Source: Bdellovibrionales bacterium
GTDB lineage: Bacteria > Bdellovibrionota > UBA1018 > CAIMNF01
Direction: 5' to 3'
NCBI GenBank assembly: GCA_947462765.1
Contig: CANHQK010000007.1
Coordinates: 1,438 to 65,437 of the forward strand
Length of the DNA: 64,000 bases
The position numbers were made by a program, and so were the translations under genes. Below are positions 29,337 through 38,529 of the stretch, one piece after another; positions within the stretch are counted from its first letter, which is position 1, and each line of letters starts with the position of its first letter. The notes below the pieces were generated by a model that did no database searches, was not told the DNA's origin, and worked only from the letters and a program-made list of their open reading frames with translations.

Positions 29337-29850
29337 AGAAGGTCAGAGCATTTTGGAAGTCATCCTGTTCCTGCCGTTTTTGTTCATCCTGGTGGGGCTC
29401 TTGATCCGCATGAACACTGGCATCCAGATGGCCATCAATAATGCCCGTTATGCCAGAGCCCAGCTTTTTGTTCTGACCAACAACTCTCCCGAGTATCCGC
29501 GTCTCCAGCTTAGGAACAATCGTCTCGTGAAAAACGCGCACGACATGCTGGTCGTGGGAGTGTCCGATCCTGAGGCGATTGAGGAAGCGGCCTCTGACGG
29601 GGATATGCCGGCGATTCCCCAGGTCCAATCGATTGCCAACAAGAAGGCGCGTGGGAGCAGTGAACGGGGTGAAGTTAAGTCGCGGACGGAAATCCGGATC
29701 CGTGGAACCGCAGCGATCTGCACCCAGAGCAATTCGGTGACCAAGGGTACGCCGATCGACTCGTTGCAGGTCACGGCATTGGCAAACAAACGTTGGCCGT
29801 TCGGAAAAATGGCCTGTCAGTATGACGGGTCCTGGATCGGAGATCAGTGA
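29305..29850 (+). CDS. TadE/TadF-like pseudopilin
   Basis: G|QSILEVILFLPFLFILVGLL class-III signal. 181 aa. Confidence 0.55.
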   Translation: MSKWSGTMDAEEGQSILEVILFLPFLFILVGLLIRMNTGIQMAINNARYARAQLFVLTNNSPEYPRLQLRNNRLVKNAHDMLVVGVSDPEAIEEAASDGDMPAIPQVQSIANKKARGSSERGEVKSRTEIRIRGTAAICTQSNSVTKGTPIDSLQVTALANKRWPFGKMACQYDGSWIGDQ

Positions 29851-30710
29851 TGAATAGCAGGGCGATGACATTATCGTTGGTGATGGCCGGGATTGCGGTA
29901 TTCTTCGTGATGAGTTCCGTGTCGAGCATCGAGCAGAATGCCACCATGAAGTATGGCGACGAAGTGACCGTGCTCGTGGCAAAGCAAGATATCAGGGAAA
30001 TGGGAACGATTCTCGACTCCATGGTCGAGGCGAAATCCGTGCCGAGAAACTTCGTTGAGCCGACCGCGGTCAAGTTCGACGGAAAACTCGATGTCGAGTC
30101 GCCCGAGGGTGCTAGTGCCTATTCGGTTCAGTCCAAGCGGATTGTTGGAAACGTGGCGATTGTCGCAATCAAGAAGGGCGAGCAACTGACCCTGAATAAA
30201 ATCACCGAGCCGAGCATGAGGACCGGGTTGGCGCCCCAGGTGACACCCGGGAAGCGCGCTATTGCTGTTCCGATCGATGAGTCCACCAGTGTGGCCAAGC
30301 TGGTCAAGCCAGGTGACCGTGTAGATGTGATCGCCGTGGTCCAGTCGCCGGGCGTCGGTGGTAGGGAAGTGAAAACTGCCAAGACTGTTTTCCAGGATGT
30401 CGTGATTCTTGCAGTAGGTCGGTCGATTGCGAACAATGTCGCTCGCCGCGTTGATGTCGACATGTCCGGAACCGCCAGGGTCCGCTCCCTCACCGAATAC
30501 GACGGTTATAGTTCCATCACACTAGAGCTCGACCCTGCCCAGGCCCAGTTGGTGGCAGCCATCTATACTGACAATTCCAACCGTCTTATCCTGTCGCTCC
30601 GGAATAATGACGACGCGGACCGGGTGGCCATCAGCGCTCCTTCCAGGGCAACCGATGTGTTGACGGACAGCCAGCGTTTGCCGGCAAGCAACAGTGGAGG
30701 GCTGAAGTAA
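29847..30710 (+). CDS. cpaB: Flp pilus assembly protein CpaB/RcpC (SAF domain)
   Basis: N-terminal TM segment, then SAF-like VTVLVAKQDI...GNVAIVAIKKGEQLT. Confidence 0.75.
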   Translation: MMNSRAMTLSLVMAGIAVFFVMSSVSSIEQNATMKYGDEVTVLVAKQDIREMGTILDSMVEAKSVPRNFVEPTAVKFDGKLDVESPEGASAYSVQSKRIVGNVAIVAIKKGEQLTLNKITEPSMRTGLAPQVTPGKRAIAVPIDESTSVAKLVKPGDRVDVIAVVQSPGVGGREVKTAKTVFQDVVILAVGRSIANNVARRVDVDMSGTARVRSLTEYDGYSSITLELDPAQAQLVAAIYTDNSNRLILSLRNNDDADRVAISAPSRATDVLTDSQRLPASNSGGLK

Positions 30711-30711
30711 C

Positions 30712-32406
30712 ATGCTGAATGCTTCCGTTTGTCTTCTCCTCAGTTTGCTTTCATTCCCGGTCGATGCAATCGCCCAGCAGGAAGCGGTGTCCCCCACACC
30801 GGCTGAGGGCGAAGGTGAGGAAAAAAAAGAACGGAAGCGTCGGCGGGCGCCTGAAGAAAGGGCTGCATATACGCGCTCGAGGTATTCCGCCGACAGGAGT
30901 GAGGCCGAGGCCGACCGACGAGCCTTGCTGCTGACTGCAGGGGTCGACAAAACAGTCGATCTGGAGGCCTCACTGAAGATCACCGGAGACACGAGCCAAA
31001 AAGTCCTGATCGGGAATGTCTCGGTGGTGAAAGTCCTTCCTGTGATTATCGGAGATCGGAAGCAATTGATTTTCAAACCGGAAGGGGTCGGAGAGACCAA
31101 CGTCACGATCCGGGATGATTCCGGCAATGTCAGACTCATCTTCGAGGTGATCGTCGCACAGGCCAACCAGATCCGGAACCTCGAGCGGCTACGAGAGAAT
31201 CTGAAGGAAGTCGAAGGAATCACGATCAATATCGAGGAAAAGAACATCGTGCTCCGCGGGGAGGTGCTCACCACGTCTGATTTTAGCATGGTGAACAATG
31301 AGTTGTCGGGTGATCTCTACGGAAAAGAGGTCATCAACAAGGTGAGAATGTCACCGGTTACACTCAACTTTCTTGCCAAGAGGATTGAGCAGGACATCCA
31401 GGTTTTCGCTCCCACAGTGAGGGCCTCGGTCATCAACGGTAAAATCATTCTCGAAGGCACGGTCGATAGCGAAGGCATCAAACAGCGCGCTTACAACCGA
31501 GCCTACTATTATCTGCCCATGGTCCGATTCAAAGAAAACGTCGGGTCCGATCAGAACGTGATTGAAATGGAGCAGGATAAGAAAACCTTCATTCTCCAGT
31601 CTGATATCACTGTTCAGACCCCCCCTCCAAAAAGAGAGAGCAAGCTCGTCAGGATGACCGTGTATTTCGTCGAGTTGGGCAAGGACTTTTTGAAAGCTTT
31701 CGGTTTCAAGTGGCAGCCCGGTTTCGCATCGGACCCCAGTATCAGCGTCGGGCAGACTGCGACGGGTGGAGTGGGGACCAGCGGAGGAGGGTTCACATTC
31801 AGTGGTACGCTGACGTCACTGTTTCCGACCATCAGCGCCCCGCCCTCTAATGCGTCCTATGGAAGGATCATGAAGTCTGCGACCGTCATTGTGAAGAACC
31901 GTGAGGAGGGAGAAGTCCGTGACCAGGTCCAGGTGCCTACTCAGGCCTTGGGGCAGGGTGGGACTCAGGGTAACGGACCAGCAGTTCAGGTCGGCTTCCA
32001 CATCAAGATGACGCCTTCCATTCTTGAGGGGCAGGATGTCGACGTGAACGTGGATATCGAGCAGAGCAATCAGGTGGGAAAGGGTGTGAACGGCACCCCG
32101 ATCGTGGCCACTCACAAGGTAAAGACCCGGCTCTATCTCAAGTCCGGCGAGACGGCCGCATTGACCGCTGTGAACAAACAGGACGTCGCCACTTCCTTCA
32201 ATCGGGATGACGCCGCTCCCGGAGCATTCCAGCAATCACAAGGGGGGGCCCAGACCAAGCCCCTGTTCAGTTTTCAACGGTCTAAGAACATGTCGAAGTC
32301 GAGGGGACAGTTTGTGATCTTCGTGAACCCGCAAGTGATCGACAACGCCTCAGAGGGCACAGAGGATTTGAAGAAGAATTTCCGTATGACATCGAGCACT
32401 CGCTGA
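30712..32406 (+). CDS. cpaC: Tad secretin CpaC/RcpA
   Basis: Signal peptide, BON-like N-terminal repeats, C-terminal secretin domain ending GQFVIFVNPQVID. Confidence 0.85.
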   Translation: MLNASVCLLLSLLSFPVDAIAQQEAVSPTPAEGEGEEKKERKRRRAPEERAAYTRSRYSADRSEAEADRRALLLTAGVDKTVDLEASLKITGDTSQKVLIGNVSVVKVLPVIIGDRKQLIFKPEGVGETNVTIRDDSGNVRLIFEVIVAQANQIRNLERLRENLKEVEGITINIEEKNIVLRGEVLTTSDFSMVNNELSGDLYGKEVINKVRMSPVTLNFLAKRIEQDIQVFAPTVRASVINGKIILEGTVDSEGIKQRAYNRAYYYLPMVRFKENVGSDQNVIEMEQDKKTFILQSDITVQTPPPKRESKLVRMTVYFVELGKDFLKAFGFKWQPGFASDPSISVGQTATGGVGTSGGGFTFSGTLTSLFPTISAPPSNASYGRIMKSATVIVKNREEGEVRDQVQVPTQALGQGGTQGNGPAVQVGFHIKMTPSILEGQDVDVNVDIEQSNQVGKGVNGTPIVATHKVKTRLYLKSGETAALTAVNKQDVATSFNRDDAAPGAFQQSQGGAQTKPLFSFQRSKNMSKSRGQFVIFVNPQVIDNASEGTEDLKKNFRMTSSTR

Positions 32407-32424
32407 AGAAGGGACGGACGGAGC

Positions 32425-34578
32425 ATGGGACACATCATCGCAGTGGTGGGAGGAAAAGGAGGGGTCGGGAAAAGTGTTTTCGCCGCGAACCTCGCGATCG
32501 CCTATCAGATGAACTTCAAGCAGCGTTCCTTGATTCTCGATCTCGACTTCCAGAGTCTCGGTGATCAGAACATCATTCTCGGATTGAATCCCCCGAAGAC
32601 AATCGTGGATGTCAGCAAGGCCCAGGTCGGCACCTGGGATCCGAAGGCCATGACTCCTTTCCTTGCCAATTCACCGCAGGGCTTCAGCTTCATCGGTGCG
32701 CCCCGGGAAGCTGCGCTTGCCAAGGACATCGATCTGGATGGACTCGGAAAGTTTCTCAAAGCCGCAGTGGGTGTTTTTCCGTGGGTGGTGATTGATTGCG
32801 GCAACGGAACAGAACCCCATGCCCTGAAGGCCATGGAGCAGGCGAGTCTGATTTTCGTCGTGACCACTCCGGACGTGATCGTTCTCAACCAGACGCGAAG
32901 GATTCTCGGCAAGGTCCAGGAGCTTCTTTTTCCACAAGAAATGGTACAGGTGGTGGTGAACCGCTATTCACCTAACAATGTGATCAATCCCCAGATGATC
33001 CAGAAGAGCATCAATAAGGCACCCTATTTTGCCATTCCCGAGGATGCAGCCACCTGTGAAGCATCGCTGACCAAGAGTCAGCCTTTCACCATGGTCAATC
33101 CGGGGGCGGCTATTTCGAGAGCTTTCTCGGATTTGGTTCGTCGGATGGATCAGAGCAAAATGCTTGATCAGCTGGCTAAACTGAACAAGCCCACCGGGGT
33201 GGCGCAGAAGGTCGGTGCGGCAGCGGTGGCGCCGACCGATGGAGGCGGAGAAAGCGGAGGCGGTTTGCTGGCCCGCTCAAAGTCGGCTCCCACGGATCCC
33301 TGGACCAACATGAAGCTCAGGATTCACAAGGCACTCATCGATGTCGTGGACATGAAGAAGATGAATGCGGATGTTGCGGATGCCAAGCAACGCGAGGTAT
33401 TGCGCGAAAAAACTCAAAAAGCGATTCTCGATGTACTGGCAAAAGAGGATGTGTCGACCCTTTGTCCGACACGTGAACTCAGAGCCCAGCTTGTAAAGGA
33501 AGTTCTCGACGAAGCCTTGGGGCTCGGACCGCTCGAGGATCTTCTCGCGGATGAAACGGTGACTGAGATCATGGTCAATGCTCGGGACCAGATCTACGTG
33601 GAACAAGGCGGAAAGCCTGGCTTATCCAAAACAACTTTTTCGAGTGAGCAGCAGATGATGAATGTGATCGAGCGGATCGTCACGCCGCTCGGCAGACGGG
33701 TCGATGAAAAGACACCGTATGTGGATGCCCGACTTGCGGATGGCTCGCGGGTTCACGTGATCATCCCTCCGCTAGCGCTCAGGGGCCCCACCATCACAAT
33801 CCGAAAATTTCCCAAGAAAAGAATCGTGTCTGCGGACTTGGTGAAGTTCGGTTCGATGACACAGGAGATCGCGGATTTTCTGCGGGCTTGCGTCGAAGCC
33901 AAACTGAATATCGTGGTTTCGGGCGGAACGGGATCCGGTAAAACCACTTTGCTCAATGTTTTATCCAACTTCATTCCAGCGACCGAGCGGATCATCACCG
34001 TCGAGGATGCAGCCGAACTCCAGCTCGGGCAGGAGCACGTGGTCCGGCTCGAGACCCGTCCCAAAAACATCGAGGGCGAGGGTGAGGTATCCATCAGGGA
34101 TCTGATCAAGTGTTGTCTCCGGATGCGGCCTGACCGGATTGTGGTCGGGGAGTGTCGGGGTGGCGAAGCCCTCGACATGTTGCAGGCTATGAACACGGGT
34201 CACTCCGGCTCGTTGACCACGGTGCACGCCAACAATCCCAGGGAGTGTATCGGACGTCTTGAAACGCTGGTGATGATGGCCGGGATGGGACTTCCCCTCA
34301 AGGCCATCCGGGAAACCGTGGCCAGTGCGGTCAATCTGATCATTCAGCAGTCGCGTCTGACGGATGGTTCGCGGAAGGTGACCTATGTATCGGAGGTGCT
34401 CGGGATGCAGGGCGAAACCGTTACCATCCAGGACATCTTCATCTACAAGCAGGAAGGCTTGGACAAGAACCGTAAGATTATTGGCAGGTTCGTGCCGACT
34501 GGTTTCATTCCTAAATTCGTCGAAGAAATGGAAGCAAAAGGCATGAAAATCTCACGGGGACTTTTCGCGGTCAAATAA
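32425..34578 (+). CDS. Fused CpaE/TadZ-like MinD-type ATPase domain plus CpaF/TadA secretion ATPase
   Basis: N-terminal deviant Walker A AVVGGKGGVGKS (ParA/MinD/CpaE type). C-terminal TadA ATPase (VSGGTGSGKTTLLNVL, Asp/His boxes). 717 aa. Confidence 0.85.
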   Translation: MGHIIAVVGGKGGVGKSVFAANLAIAYQMNFKQRSLILDLDFQSLGDQNIILGLNPPKTIVDVSKAQVGTWDPKAMTPFLANSPQGFSFIGAPREAALAKDIDLDGLGKFLKAAVGVFPWVVIDCGNGTEPHALKAMEQASLIFVVTTPDVIVLNQTRRILGKVQELLFPQEMVQVVVNRYSPNNVINPQMIQKSINKAPYFAIPEDAATCEASLTKSQPFTMVNPGAAISRAFSDLVRRMDQSKMLDQLAKLNKPTGVAQKVGAAAVAPTDGGGESGGGLLARSKSAPTDPWTNMKLRIHKALIDVVDMKKMNADVADAKQREVLREKTQKAILDVLAKEDVSTLCPTRELRAQLVKEVLDEALGLGPLEDLLADETVTEIMVNARDQIYVEQGGKPGLSKTTFSSEQQMMNVIERIVTPLGRRVDEKTPYVDARLADGSRVHVIIPPLALRGPTITIRKFPKKRIVSADLVKFGSMTQEIADFLRACVEAKLNIVVSGGTGSGKTTLLNVLSNFIPATERIITVEDAAELQLGQEHVVRLETRPKNIEGEGEVSIRDLIKCCLRMRPDRIVVGECRGGEALDMLQAMNTGHSGSLTTVHANNPRECIGRLETLVMMAGMGLPLKAIRETVASAVNLIIQQSRLTDGSRKVTYVSEVLGMQGETVTIQDIFIYKQEGLDKNRKIIGRFVPTGFIPKFVEEMEAKGMKISRGLFAVK

Positions 34579-34596
34579 CCCCAGTATCATGGAGGA

Positions 34597-35472
34597 ATGA
34601 GTTTCGCGATTCCTCACTGGCTGCTCGGCCTCGTCGTGTTTGTCTCGGCGTTGCTGGTTGCTTATCAGTTTTCAGGACGGATTCTCGACTGGGTGAGATT
34701 CCACTCGATCGGAACGCGGGACTACATCGCCGACAAGCTCAAGCTGATGATGATCGATCTTCCACTCGAGAAGATCCTCATGTACCAGGTCGGGTTTTCA
34801 TTCGGTCTTGCCGGGCTCGTGTTTCTGGCTTGTTTACCGAATTTAAAGGCTGGCGGGGCATTGGGCGCGGTTGTCGCTGTTGCTGCTTGGTTTCTCCCCA
34901 AGCCGATCGTGAATGTCCTGTATCAGAAGCGCGTGGACCGTTTTGTCGAACAAATGGTGGATGGACTCGGTCTCATGTCGAACGGGATGCGATCGGGTCT
35001 CTCGGTCTCCCAAGCGATGGGTCTGGTGGCCCAGGAAATGCCCGATCCCATCAAATCCGAGTTCGAGTTGGTGCTCAATCAGAACAAGCTCGGTTCCTCT
35101 CTTGAATCGGCCTTCATCGATCTTTCGAAACGCGTGGTGGCGGACGAGGTCGAGATGTTCGTGACTTCCGTGGTCATTCTCAAGGAGACCGGGGGAAATT
35201 TGGCGGAAACCTTCGACACCATCACCACCTTGATCCGTGAAAGGATCAAAGTCGAGAACAAGATCAAGGCCATGACGGCATCCGCCTTTTGGCAAGGGAT
35301 GATCCTACTCGGAGTACCGCCATTCATGGGATTGACGCTTTCCCAGTCCGATCCCGAACTCATGAGGCCGATGTTCGAGACCTGGCTTGGCTGGGTCGGC
35401 CTCTCTACCGTGGCAATTTTGATGTTGGTAGCTTATTTTGTAATCAAGAAGGTGACAAAAATCGATGTCTGA
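34597..35472 (+). CDS. Tad/Flp pilus assembly platform protein (TadB/TadC-like)
   Basis: T2SS-F domain with 3-4 TM helices. Confidence 0.75.
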   Translation: MSFAIPHWLLGLVVFVSALLVAYQFSGRILDWVRFHSIGTRDYIADKLKLMMIDLPLEKILMYQVGFSFGLAGLVFLACLPNLKAGGALGAVVAVAAWFLPKPIVNVLYQKRVDRFVEQMVDGLGLMSNGMRSGLSVSQAMGLVAQEMPDPIKSEFELVLNQNKLGSSLESAFIDLSKRVVADEVEMFVTSVVILKETGGNLAETFDTITTLIRERIKVENKIKAMTASAFWQGMILLGVPPFMGLTLSQSDPELMRPMFETWLGWVGLSTVAILMLVAYFVIKKVTKIDV

Positions 35473-37174
35473 GGTGAGAAGAATGACCAGAGTCTTGATC
35501 TTGTTGGGCGCATTGTTGTCGGTATCCAGTGCTTTTGCACGGGCTGATGTGAGTCTTCGGAACGGTAATTTTTTTGTTTCTTTGAGAGACATTTCTTTTC
35601 CGGGAGGGATCGAGCCCAAGATTGAACGGGTCTACAATTCAAAGTCCGACTTCCACGGGATGTTCGGTTACAGCTGGGGAACTGAGTACGAAACGCGCCT
35701 TGGCTTCGATCCTGACGGCAGTCTGTTATTGACCGAGTACGGAGGGGGCGCGAATATCCGTTTCGTTCCAAAGACCTTCACGGCCAAAGATGTTGAGGAT
35801 GGGATCAAGAGTGTGGTCGAGTCCGCACAGAAGGCGGGGATGGTCACCAGTGCGAAGGGCCTGGAAGACTATCGTAAACGTCTGAGAGAGAGTTCTGAAT
35901 TCCGAGCCAAGCAATACGCGATTTTTGTCAATAAGGGGAGTCTCCAGAGAAAAGTGATCGCGGAGAATACCCAGTTCATTTCCACTGACTATCAGTATCA
36001 GTATCTGACCCGCGTGAAGGGCGGATATACCCGGGTGATGGAAGCGGGCATGATTCAGAAATTCAACGAAGCCGGACGCTTGGTGCAGATCATGGATCGG
36101 AACCGGAACTTCGTCAATTTCTCATACGATTCGAATGGGAAGATCGCCCAGATGATCGACAACCAGAATCGCAAGATGGTTTTCTCCTACAATCAGTTCG
36201 GCCTGGTCGAGCGGATCGTGGGTGAGAGCGGAAAGAAAGCCGAATTCAAGTATTCAAAAGAGGGATTTCTGGTCTACAGCAAAGATGATGCAGGCGTGGA
36301 GAATACGTTTAAGTACACCGCCGACCAGTACCGCAATCTTTCCGAGATCGGTTATCCCAATGATCGGAATGCCAAGGGCGAACCCAAGCGGATGGTGGTC
36401 GGTTATTATGGTCCGGAGAAGAACTCCAGCGTGAAGTCGGTGGTGAATCTGGATGGTACAGTGAACGAATATGAGTACGAACTCGCGGGGAAGACCCCGG
36501 GTTATTATTCGGTCCGTGTGGTGTTGAAAGACGCCTCCGGAGCGAAACTCAATGATTCGAAGTACGAGTATTTTTACAAAACGAAGCCCAGTGGCGAGGA
36601 GTTCACTTCCCGGATGGTGACCACCGTGGACGGCGAGAAAACCGAGACCGTCTACGACGAGAAGCTCGGCTATCCCTTGAAGATCACAGCCAACGGAAAA
36701 ACCACGACCATGGAATATGACTTGAAGGGCCGGATGACCCGTAAGGTCACCCCTCTTCACACCACCACGCTCACTTATGATCCGGTGGTGGGAAAGGTGT
36801 CCAAGGTTGTCAAAAAAGTGGCGAGCGGAACCGTGATCTGGAGCGAATTTGAATACGATAAAACCACGGGGAACCTCTTGGTGGCCCGGAATAGCGATAA
36901 AAAACTGGTGAAGCTGATCTATGATTCACAGGGGCGGATCAGCGCTCTCGTGGACCAGGCGGGCCGACAGCTCACCTTCAAGTACAACGAGCTCTCCAAG
37001 CCGGTCGAAATCCGGGATGCCAAGCTCGGAACGGTGCGATTCACCTATAAAAACAGTGGCGAAGTCGACAAGGTGGACAGCAACGGGGGTGCGGGGGTGT
37101 CGGTGGAGGTGATGCGCGCATTGCAAAGCCTGATCGATATCACCGCTCCAGCTGGTGTCACCATGTCGATTTGA
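35465..37174 (+). CDS. Secreted YD-repeat (RHS-repeat) protein
   Basis: Signal peptide MTRVLILLGALLSVSSAFA. Many YD-type repeats (e.g. GRLVQIMDRNRNFVNFSYDSNGKIAQMID, KMVFSYNQFGLVERIVGESGKK, TTTMEYDLKGRMTRKV). Start overlaps the upstream platform gene. Confidence 0.7.
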   Translation: MSEVRRMTRVLILLGALLSVSSAFARADVSLRNGNFFVSLRDISFPGGIEPKIERVYNSKSDFHGMFGYSWGTEYETRLGFDPDGSLLLTEYGGGANIRFVPKTFTAKDVEDGIKSVVESAQKAGMVTSAKGLEDYRKRLRESSEFRAKQYAIFVNKGSLQRKVIAENTQFISTDYQYQYLTRVKGGYTRVMEAGMIQKFNEAGRLVQIMDRNRNFVNFSYDSNGKIAQMIDNQNRKMVFSYNQFGLVERIVGESGKKAEFKYSKEGFLVYSKDDAGVENTFKYTADQYRNLSEIGYPNDRNAKGEPKRMVVGYYGPEKNSSVKSVVNLDGTVNEYEYELAGKTPGYYSVRVVLKDASGAKLNDSKYEYFYKTKPSGEEFTSRMVTTVDGEKTETVYDEKLGYPLKITANGKTTTMEYDLKGRMTRKVTPLHTTTLTYDPVVGKVSKVVKKVASGTVIWSEFEYDKTTGNLLVARNSDKKLVKLIYDSQGRISALVDQAGRQLTFKYNELSKPVEIRDAKLGTVRFTYKNSGEVDKVDSNGGAGVSVEVMRALQSLIDITAPAGVTMSI

Positions 37175-37194
37175 TCAACCGATTTTGTTTAATA

Positions 37195-37223
37195 TTGACC
37201 TCCGTTCTTGCGGCTGGTTAAAC
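37195..37223 (+). promoter_or_regulatory. Candidate sigma-70-type promoter (TTGACC-17 bp-TTAAAC)
   Basis: Hexamers with 17-bp spacing, about 20 nt upstream of the small peptide gene's RBS and ATG. Confidence 0.3.
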
Positions 37224-37245
37224 TGTGTGGAGAGGTAAGGTTTTC

Positions 37246-37458
37246 ATGAAACTGATTCTGGCTTTGAGCTTCCTTCTGGTCGGTACTCATTCGGCATTGG
37301 CTGCAGCAAACGCTGAGAACAAGTCGAGTACTTGTTGCAAGACCTGTGCGGTGGATCAGGGTGGCTGCTCACCGGATGCCGGCAATACGCCTGATCAGGC
37401 CGTGGTTCAGGCGGCTGACAAGGTTCAGATGCCAGGCGATTCCAGCGAGGGTAAGTGA
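37246..37458 (+). CDS. Small secreted Cys-containing peptide (70 aa)
   Basis: Signal peptide MKLILALSFLLVGTHSALA. Mature region has the CCKTC..C motif. Confidence 0.4.
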   Translation: MKLILALSFLLVGTHSALAAANAENKSSTCCKTCAVDQGGCSPDAGNTPDQAVVQAADKVQMPGDSSEGK

Positions 37459-37536
37459 GCTTTAGCCTCGTTTTTCGTTGAGTGACGCATGTGGTCTCCG
37501 CTAGGATAAGGGGGATTTCCCTAAATCTAGTGCGGA

Positions 37537-38505
37537 GTGTTGATGACGTCCAAGCTTGCCGAGTCCCGTTCTGATCAAGAGCGCCCCTTGCTTCCCTCTG
37601 AAGCGAGGCAGATTGCTCCCTTGCGGAAGCCCGAGTGGCTGAAGATCCGGCCCCCGGCCGGTGAGAATTATACCAAGATCAAGGGGCTTCTTAGGGAACG
37701 GGGTCTTCATACGGTTTGCGAGGAGGCTCATTGTCCGAACGTGGCCGAGTGTTGGGCGAGTGGTACCGCCACCTTCATGCTCGGGACCGAAGTCTGCACC
37801 CGGGCCTGCAGGTTCTGCGCTGTGAAGACTGCTCGGAGGCCTCCTCCTCTGGATCCCGAAGAGCCGTTCAAGATCGCTGAAGCGGTTGCAGCTTTGAAGT
37901 TGAAGTACGTGGTGCTCACCTCTGTGGACCGGGATGACCTGCCGGATGGCGGCGCTTCCCACTTTGCAACCACGATCCGGGAATTGAAGCGACTCGACTC
38001 AGGCCTCCTGGTGGAGGCTCTGGTTCCTGATTTTCGTGGAAATGGGGCGGATGTGGCCACCATCGTCGAGTCCGGATTGGACGTCTACGCTCACAATATC
38101 GAGACCGTGTACCGCTTGCAGTACCGGGTTCGCGATCCGCGCGCCGGATATGCGCAGAGTCTCGAAACGCTCCGCCTGGCCAAAGCCCATGCCGCATCCC
38201 GGGGGCAGGTGCTTCATACCAAAAGTGCGATCATGCTGGGACTCGGAGAAGAAGAACAGGAGATCCTGAAGGCGTTTTCCGACTTGCGTGAAGCAGGTGT
38301 GGATGTGCTCACTCTGGGGCAATACCTTCGCCCTTCATTGAGTCACTTGCCGGTCGAGCGCTACTATTCGCCTGAAGAGTTCGCCGCGCTTGAAAAACAG
38401 GCTCAAGCGGCCGGCTTCCTTTACGTGGCAGCGGGGCCCATGGTTCGCTCGAGCTATAAAGCCGCAGAGTTGTTCCTCGAAGGTTTGATCAGACAGAACA
38501 AATAA
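37537..38505 (+). CDS. lipA: Lipoyl synthase
   Basis: CPNVAECW and radical-SAM CRFCAV motifs. Confidence 0.9.
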   Translation: MLMTSKLAESRSDQERPLLPSEARQIAPLRKPEWLKIRPPAGENYTKIKGLLRERGLHTVCEEAHCPNVAECWASGTATFMLGTEVCTRACRFCAVKTARRPPPLDPEEPFKIAEAVAALKLKYVVLTSVDRDDLPDGGASHFATTIRELKRLDSGLLVEALVPDFRGNGADVATIVESGLDVYAHNIETVYRLQYRVRDPRAGYAQSLETLRLAKAHAASRGQVLHTKSAIMLGLGEEEQEILKAFSDLREAGVDVLTLGQYLRPSLSHLPVERYYSPEEFAALEKQAQAAGFLYVAAGPMVRSSYKAAELFLEGLIRQNK

Positions 38506-38529
38506 GACCGGAAACACAAGGAGAGAAAC

